From positions 1 through 40,000 of the IMG/VR virus record IMGVR_UViG_3300020043_004090: a stretch of 40,000 bases of DNA; one strand, 5' to 3'. Below are positions 36,200 to 40,000 of the stretch, in pieces. The notes below the pieces were generated by a model. The model had not been told where the DNA came from. It worked only from the letters and a program-made list of their open reading frames with translations, and made no database searches. The first letter of the stretch is position 1. The number at the start of each line of letters is the position of its first letter. The position numbers were made by a program, and so were the translations under genes. The stretch is from a virus (taxonomy: Duplodnaviria; Caudoviricetes).

Positions 36200-36391
36200 T
36201 CAGGGCAGGGAATCGACTAGCACCCAAAAGTCCCTGATAGGGAATGGAACTACCGCGCCAGGGTTGTCTAGGGGTTCGAAGTAGGCGATTCCCATATGCT
36301 GGGGCCAGTCCAACAAGCGAAACATTCTAGGGGCCATGCGGGCATCCATGACAGACACGCCTATAGCCCCTGCGGGTATGGGTTTATTCAT
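36200..36391 (-). CDS. Hypothetical protein
   Basis: ATGA-coupled to the upstream ORF; followed by a terminator. Confidence 0.65.
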   Translation of the reverse strand: MNKPIPAGAIGVSVMDARMAPRMFRLLDWPQHMGIAYFEPLDNPGAVVPFPIRDFWVLVDSLP

Positions 36392-36522
36392 AGTGTTGCG
36401 GGCGGGTAGTACTTGCTGGGGTTTTGCTTCTTTTCCCTATCGGCCGCGCGAAGGGTTTTCAGGATATTCGGGTCAGTGACGCGAAAAGGCCACCATGCGG
36501 GCGGGTTAGGCTTTTTCGTCAT
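36388..36522 (-). CDS. Small protein, 44 aa (MTKKPNPPAWWPF...)
   Basis: Translated by hand; fills the gap and is coupled to both neighbours. Confidence 0.6.
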   Translation of the reverse strand: MTKKPNPPAWWPFRVTDPNILKTLRAADREKKQNPSKYYPPATL

Positions 36523-36688
36523 GGAGTATCGATTCAATAGTTGCACGCAAAAAATCTATGTTCTGCTTCTGGTACTGATCAGCGGGTTCGCCTAGTAGGT
36601 CCAGGGCGTGACGCAAGCCCACGAACAGAACCAGGGAAGACGCACGCATGCGCTGGCGCTGCGCCTCGGAATAGTTCAATTGATCCAT
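36506..36688 (-). CDS. Hypothetical protein (MDQLNYSEAQ...)
   Basis: AGGA RBS before ATG 36688. Confidence 0.6.
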   Translation of the reverse strand: MDQLNYSEAQRQRMRASSLVLFVGLRHALDLLGEPADQYQKQNIDFLRATIESILHDEKA

Positions 36689-36711
36689 GTTGATCCTATG
36701 CAATGCAGACG

Positions 36712-36760
36712 CAAAATCGCGCCCACAGTGTCCCGACTCGCGAGACACCAGGGGCGCGAC
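36712..36760 (-). terminator. Long hairpin/terminator after the gp88-like gene
   Basis: GTCGCGCCC..GGTGTCTCG/CGGGACACT..GGGCGCGAT followed by TTT on the minus strand. Confidence 0.55.
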
Positions 36761-37438
36761 TCAGTGCAGCTTGTAGGACACGACAGCATCGGTCCAGCAT
36801 GCGCGACAATCGCGACACTCTCCCCCCTGCTCGGGGGCTTTGCATGCTTCGCCGACTACCGGGCCGGTACTGTGAACATTGCTAGCAGTGATGCCGGGAA
36901 CACCCGCCAGTGAGGCAGGGATACGCACTGGTTCGTCGGGATACATTGCAGACAAGCGAATCGTGAGGTTTTTCGGGATAGCCCCGAATGCTTGTATGTA
37001 TTCTTTTACTGTTCCGTATTCGCGCGTCGGCAGCCAGTGCTGGCAATGGGGCGTTTTCTCTGCAACGCGGGCGATTAGTTGCAAGTGAATCACGCCCTGC
37101 AAGTCCCCCGAATCGTGCCAGCGAAAGTACGGATCGGAACCGATCAGGGTCACCATGCTGTCAACCCATAGCTGCGCGTATTCTTCGCTTTCCATAGCTT
37201 GCATCACCGCATCCCATCGGGCGAATTGGGCGGGTTTGATAGTGTTGGCGTACATGGCGTAGAACCCCTTATCTGCATAGCAAGACGCACAGATTGACCC
37301 TGCGATCTTGGACATGCGGAAACCCGTCTGGCATGCCTCAGTAGGCAGGGAAACGGACTTGCAGGGCATTTTTGACGTTTGGGTCAGAGTACCGCATACG
37401 CTAGTGGCTTGAGCCTTGGTAATGGGGATGATTCGCAT
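36761..37438 (-). CDS. Gp88-like protein (radical-SAM-like Fe-S protein)
   Basis: SKMP..S..LP...C.TG..M....GS.C..CYA.KG.Y, FRWHDSGD, HWLPTRE, NL.IRLS, C.A..Q.G.C.DCRACW; likely start MRIIP with AGGA RBS. Confidence 0.8.
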   Translation of the reverse strand: MRIIPITKAQATSVCGTLTQTSKMPCKSVSLPTEACQTGFRMSKIAGSICASCYADKGFYAMYANTIKPAQFARWDAVMQAMESEEYAQLWVDSMVTLIGSDPYFRWHDSGDLQGVIHLQLIARVAEKTPHCQHWLPTREYGTVKEYIQAFGAIPKNLTIRLSAMYPDEPVRIPASLAGVPGITASNVHSTGPVVGEACKAPEQGGECRDCRACWTDAVVSYKLH

Positions 37439-37467
37439 GATGTTTCCTATGCTTTGCAATAAATAAC

Positions 37468-37695
37468 TTACTCTTCAATTGCTCGAATAACTGCTTCTTC
37501 GATTCGCTCCAGCTGCTTATCGTTGAGCATGTCATAGACGTTAATCCCGCCAATGAACACCTGCTCGATCACGGCTGCGGGCGCGTATCCAGGGCCTGCC
37601 TGGGGGCCCGCCCAGACCATAGGTTCGCCCGGGTCATACTCACACTGGACTGTCATGGGGATATCAAAAACCTTAATGTCGATAGATTGATACAT
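37468..37695 (-). CDS. Small acidic hypothetical protein
   Basis: AAGGAG RBS. Confidence 0.75.
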   Translation of the reverse strand: MYQSIDIKVFDIPMTVQCEYDPGEPMVWAGPQAGPGYAPAAVIEQVFIGGINVYDMLNDKQLERIEEAVIRAIEE

Positions 37696-37707
37696 GGTTT
37701 CTCTCCT

Positions 37708-37797
37708 TTAGGGGGTCATGGTCCAAAAATAGATGACGAAGGGAATCGCCAGGATGGCAGCAACGATCAGCGCTGCAGGGGTGTCTCGGTTGTTCAT
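37708..37797 (-). CDS. 29-aa membrane peptide (MNNRDTPAALIVAAILAIPFVIYFWTMTP)
   Basis: GGAG RBS, ATGA coupling. Confidence 0.65.
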   Translation of the reverse strand: MNNRDTPAALIVAAILAIPFVIYFWTMTP

Positions 37798-37958
37798 GCG
37801 TACATCTCCAGCCATTGCAGGGCCTCCCTGCGGGTGTTGCATTCGCGGATGGTTTGATCGCCGACCTTTACGATCCACTCGATCAATGGCGTGGTGCGAT
37901 GGTTGAACGATTCCTTGCGGTACAGGGCAGCGGCCCCAAGGGTTTTGATGAGGGTCAC
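37794..37958 (-). CDS. 54-aa protein, first gene of the cassette (MTLIKTLGAA...WLEMYA)
   Basis: Translated by hand; AAAGGAG RBS, GTG start. Confidence 0.7.
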   Translation of the reverse strand: MTLIKTLGAAALYRKESFNHRTTPLIEWIVKVGDQTIRECNTRREALQWLEMYA

Positions 37959-37988
37959 GGGAGCTCCTTTCGGTTGTTGATGCTCTGA

Positions 37989-38016
37989 ATTGTATGTTCA
38001 TTAAACCAAGATGCAA
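37989..38016 (-). promoter_or_regulatory. Leftward sigma70-type promoter
   Basis: TTGCAT-16 nt-TACAAT, ~30 nt upstream of the first gene. Confidence 0.65.
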
Positions 38017-38566
38017 GGCAATTATGTTGATGTGAGTGAGTACTTTCATTGATTAAACCTATCGGCACTTTGGCTCATCAGCGGGTGATCCGTGGGGGCG
38101 TCGATCCTGGGTGATCGGGTGATGGAGTGGCCAGATCGAAGGGTAGAGAGTGGCCAGATCGGGGGGCTCGGTAGCTCCTGGCGTGCGTGATAAATCCCCG
38201 ATTAGGTGCTAACTTGATTTTTTCGGGCTTTTTATCAAGGGATGGAAAAGGGAAAGAAAAACCCCTTCATTCCTGGCCTAAAACAACCCTAGAACCTCAT
38301 CAAATAGAGAGTAAAGGGATAGGTGAGACACAAAGGGACAAGAGCATATAGGGGCCTGGAATGGGTCACTATTGGCATGTATTAATGGCTCTACTATCTC
38401 TGCCATATTCCGCGCGCACAATAAAAAGAAAACCCTAAACCCCCGACATGGATGGACATCTCATAGATAAGGGATACATGGAGAGAGTAGAGAGAGACAC
38501 AAAGGGGAAAGCAACCGACATAAACCTATCGGCATTTTCCAAAAAAGCTTCGAATCATCGGGCCCC

Positions 38567-38618
38567 CTAATGACCCGTTAGTCAGTAGCCCGCGTTTTAC
38601 TGACCGGCGAGTCAGTAA
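38567..38618. promoter_or_regulatory. Two palindromic operator-like sites (TACTGAC-N6-GTCAGTA), 30-bp period
   Basis: CTAATGAC-ccgtta-GTCAGTAG and TTACTGAC-cggcga-GTCAGTAA. Confidence 0.7.
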
Positions 38619-38816
38619 CACCCCCCCCAGACATCCCCCCCCCCAACAAAATCGCTGGCCATGCTTGCTTTTCCCTGGTGGGATCGGGAGGGGGGGTACC
38701 CCTGCGCCTGGGGGAGAAGAGGGGGGCCCGGTACCCCAATCCCAAAATTTAATCCACACCTTTTGGTTTAATACCCCTCTCCCCCCTTTCCTTTATCGTG
38801 TTTCCCAATAATTTTT

Positions 38817-38845
38817 TTTGCTCGAAAAGTTTTTGGTTATATACT
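38817..38845 (+). promoter_or_regulatory. Promoter of the packaging/late operon
   Basis: TTGCTC-16 nt-TATACT with an upstream T-tract. Confidence 0.55.
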
Positions 38846-38867
38846 GATGGCACTTGGAGGAATAGAT

Positions 38868-39452
38868 ATGTATTGGACGTTGGCGCATCCGCTGTATGAC
38901 GTTGGGGACATAGTGGCGATGGCTAGGGGGCACTTTGAGGCTGAGGTTGAGGGGATTTTGACTACTGAGCCTCGGGTGTTTGAGCATCAGTTGATGGTGG
39001 CGACTACTAATCAGCTGTATGACAAGGGCCGGGAGTTTATTGCGGTATGTAGGGATGAGCCGCCGTATGAAGAGACGGGGCGTGGGATACATGAGAAGCA
39101 GGGCCAGGGAAAGCTGCTGGGGCACTGCTGGTTTGATCGGGGCGGGTATGCAACGTACTCGACAGAGGAGATCAGCAATGCTAAGTTCCATCATGTAGAC
39201 ATGGACCTACCTGCTAAGACGCGGGTTAGGTTGATCAACGAAATGATTGATCAGCACATACTGTGGGCTAATGTATGGAAGGTTCCTGTAGTATGTTCAT
39301 GCAGTATTCGTGGTGACTATGATGCGTTTATGCGGATTCACAAGAAGCGTGGGTTTGCTGTGCATGGGTCATATGCTTGGATTAGGACAGACAAAGGCGT
39401 GGAGTTAATTCATGGACGAAACAGTAAAGAAGGCGGCAAAGAAGGCGCTTGA
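38868..39452 (+). CDS. GNAT-fold acetyltransferase-like protein
   Basis: W.LA...DV.DIV.M N-terminus, beta core (FIAVC, KLLGHCW), V......R..LI..MI.....WA and HKKRGF.V.G C-terminal motif; GGAGG RBS. Confidence 0.6.
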   Translation: MYWTLAHPLYDVGDIVAMARGHFEAEVEGILTTEPRVFEHQLMVATTNQLYDKGREFIAVCRDEPPYEETGRGIHEKQGQGKLLGHCWFDRGGYATYSTEEISNAKFHHVDMDLPAKTRVRLINEMIDQHILWANVWKVPVVCSCSIRGDYDAFMRIHKKRGFAVHGSYAWIRTDKGVELIHGRNSKEGGKEGA

Positions 39453-39783
39453 TCTGGCGACCGGCAAGAGGACTCCTGGGCGGCCTCCTGCTGTTAACCG
39501 GGTCACAGAATATGGCGCCTTGTTTAATAGACTTAATGATGAGCGTGCGGATAAGAATCTGCCGCCATTGAAGACTGCTATGGAGATCCTGATTGAGGCG
39601 ATGCAGTCTGATGAGCTAGACATTAAAGAAAAGTCGCGCATTGCTGAGAAAATTGCTACATTTGAATCGTCTCGGGCACCTATTATTTCTATTGACCACG
39701 TAAATAACGTGATTCAAAAGGAAGAGGAAGTTAATGCTGACGAGGCTTTAGCTGATTTCCTAACTGCACTGAAGAAGGTGTAA
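39412..39783 (+). CDS. Probable terminase small subunit
   Basis: GRPP N-terminal motif, helical core, located near the start of the packaging operon. Confidence 0.5.
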   Translation: MDETVKKAAKKALDLATGKRTPGRPPAVNRVTEYGALFNRLNDERADKNLPPLKTAMEILIEAMQSDELDIKEKSRIAEKIATFESSRAPIISIDHVNNVIQKEEEVNADEALADFLTALKKV

Positions 39784-39786
39784 TAT

Positions 39787-39930
39787 ATGCCCCTGAAACA
39801 AGGCAAGTCTGAAAAGGCTTTTAAGTCAAACGTCAAGACCGAGATGAAATCTGGCAAGCCTCAGAAACAGGCGCTTGCTATTGCATACTCAGTTCAGCGT
39901 AAAGCTAAACAACCGAAAGGTAAAAAATGA
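39787..39930 (+). CDS. Small basic protein, 47 aa ([39 protein letters not shown]...)
   Basis: Translated by hand; GKP.KQA.AIA motif is common in aquatic phages. Confidence 0.8.
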   Translation: MPLKQGKSEKAFKSNVKTEMKSGKPQKQALAIAYSVQRKAKQPKGKK

Positions 39931-40000
39931 GCGGATATACCTCTGGTAACAATGCTCCTACGCTAATGGCGCAGGCTCCTAACCGCAAAGGCAATATCTC

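Larger units (their letters stand above)
1..40000. mobile_element. Near-complete/complete podovirus-like Caudoviricetes genome (unit length ~39,905 bp)
   Basis: Full packaging, head, tail, lysis and recombination gene set, no host housekeeping genes. 1-95 aligns without gaps to 39906-40000 (76/95 identical). Confidence 0.95.

Noticed and set aside
37708-38049. 113-aa ORF as listed in the track
   Set aside because: It runs through the promoter; the region is better explained by two coupled ORFs (37794-37958, 37708-37797) with RBSs.
38526-38759. 77-aa minus-strand ORF
   Set aside because: Translation of G/C homopolymer tracts and palindromic sites; P/G-rich with no coding signal.

Overview
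The window is an essentially complete (~39.9 kb) tailed-phage genome. Bases 1-95 are a gap-free but degraded copy of 39906-40000, so the contig closes into a circle. The architecture is podovirus-like, with no tape measure or sheath. A rightward late operon runs from ~38.85 kb across the junction to 27.5 kb. It carries a GNAT-fold protein, probable TerS, five small basic proteins, TerL, portal, scaffold, major capsid, adaptor, collagen-like and other fibres, a lysis cassette with an inserted HNH gene, a GT2-TPR glycosyltransferase, a nozzle, a tailspike and ejection proteins. A lambdoid-like divergent early region follows. Leftward are Sak, a SpoVG-like SSB, a secreted Cys-rich peptide, a tRNA-like RNA and MazG. 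Rightward are Cro, an initiator-like domain, a structured RNA, many small ORFs, RuvC and a Dps-like protein. A separate leftward cassette (36.2-38.0 kb) with a Gp88/radical-SAM-like gene is bracketed by operator arrays and G/C tracts. I saw no integrase, CI repressor, DNA polymerase, primase or helicase. The most interesting items are: (1) a BclA-like collagen fibre plus a GT2-TPR enzyme, suggesting virion glycosylation; (2) a ~320-nt structured RNA with a kissing-loop terminator next to a truncated initiator; (3) an unannotated secreted 4-Cys peptide followed by a non-canonical cloverleaf RNA upstream of mazG; (4) a possible long terminal-repeat cassette. All family calls come from recognising motifs by eye, not from database searches.
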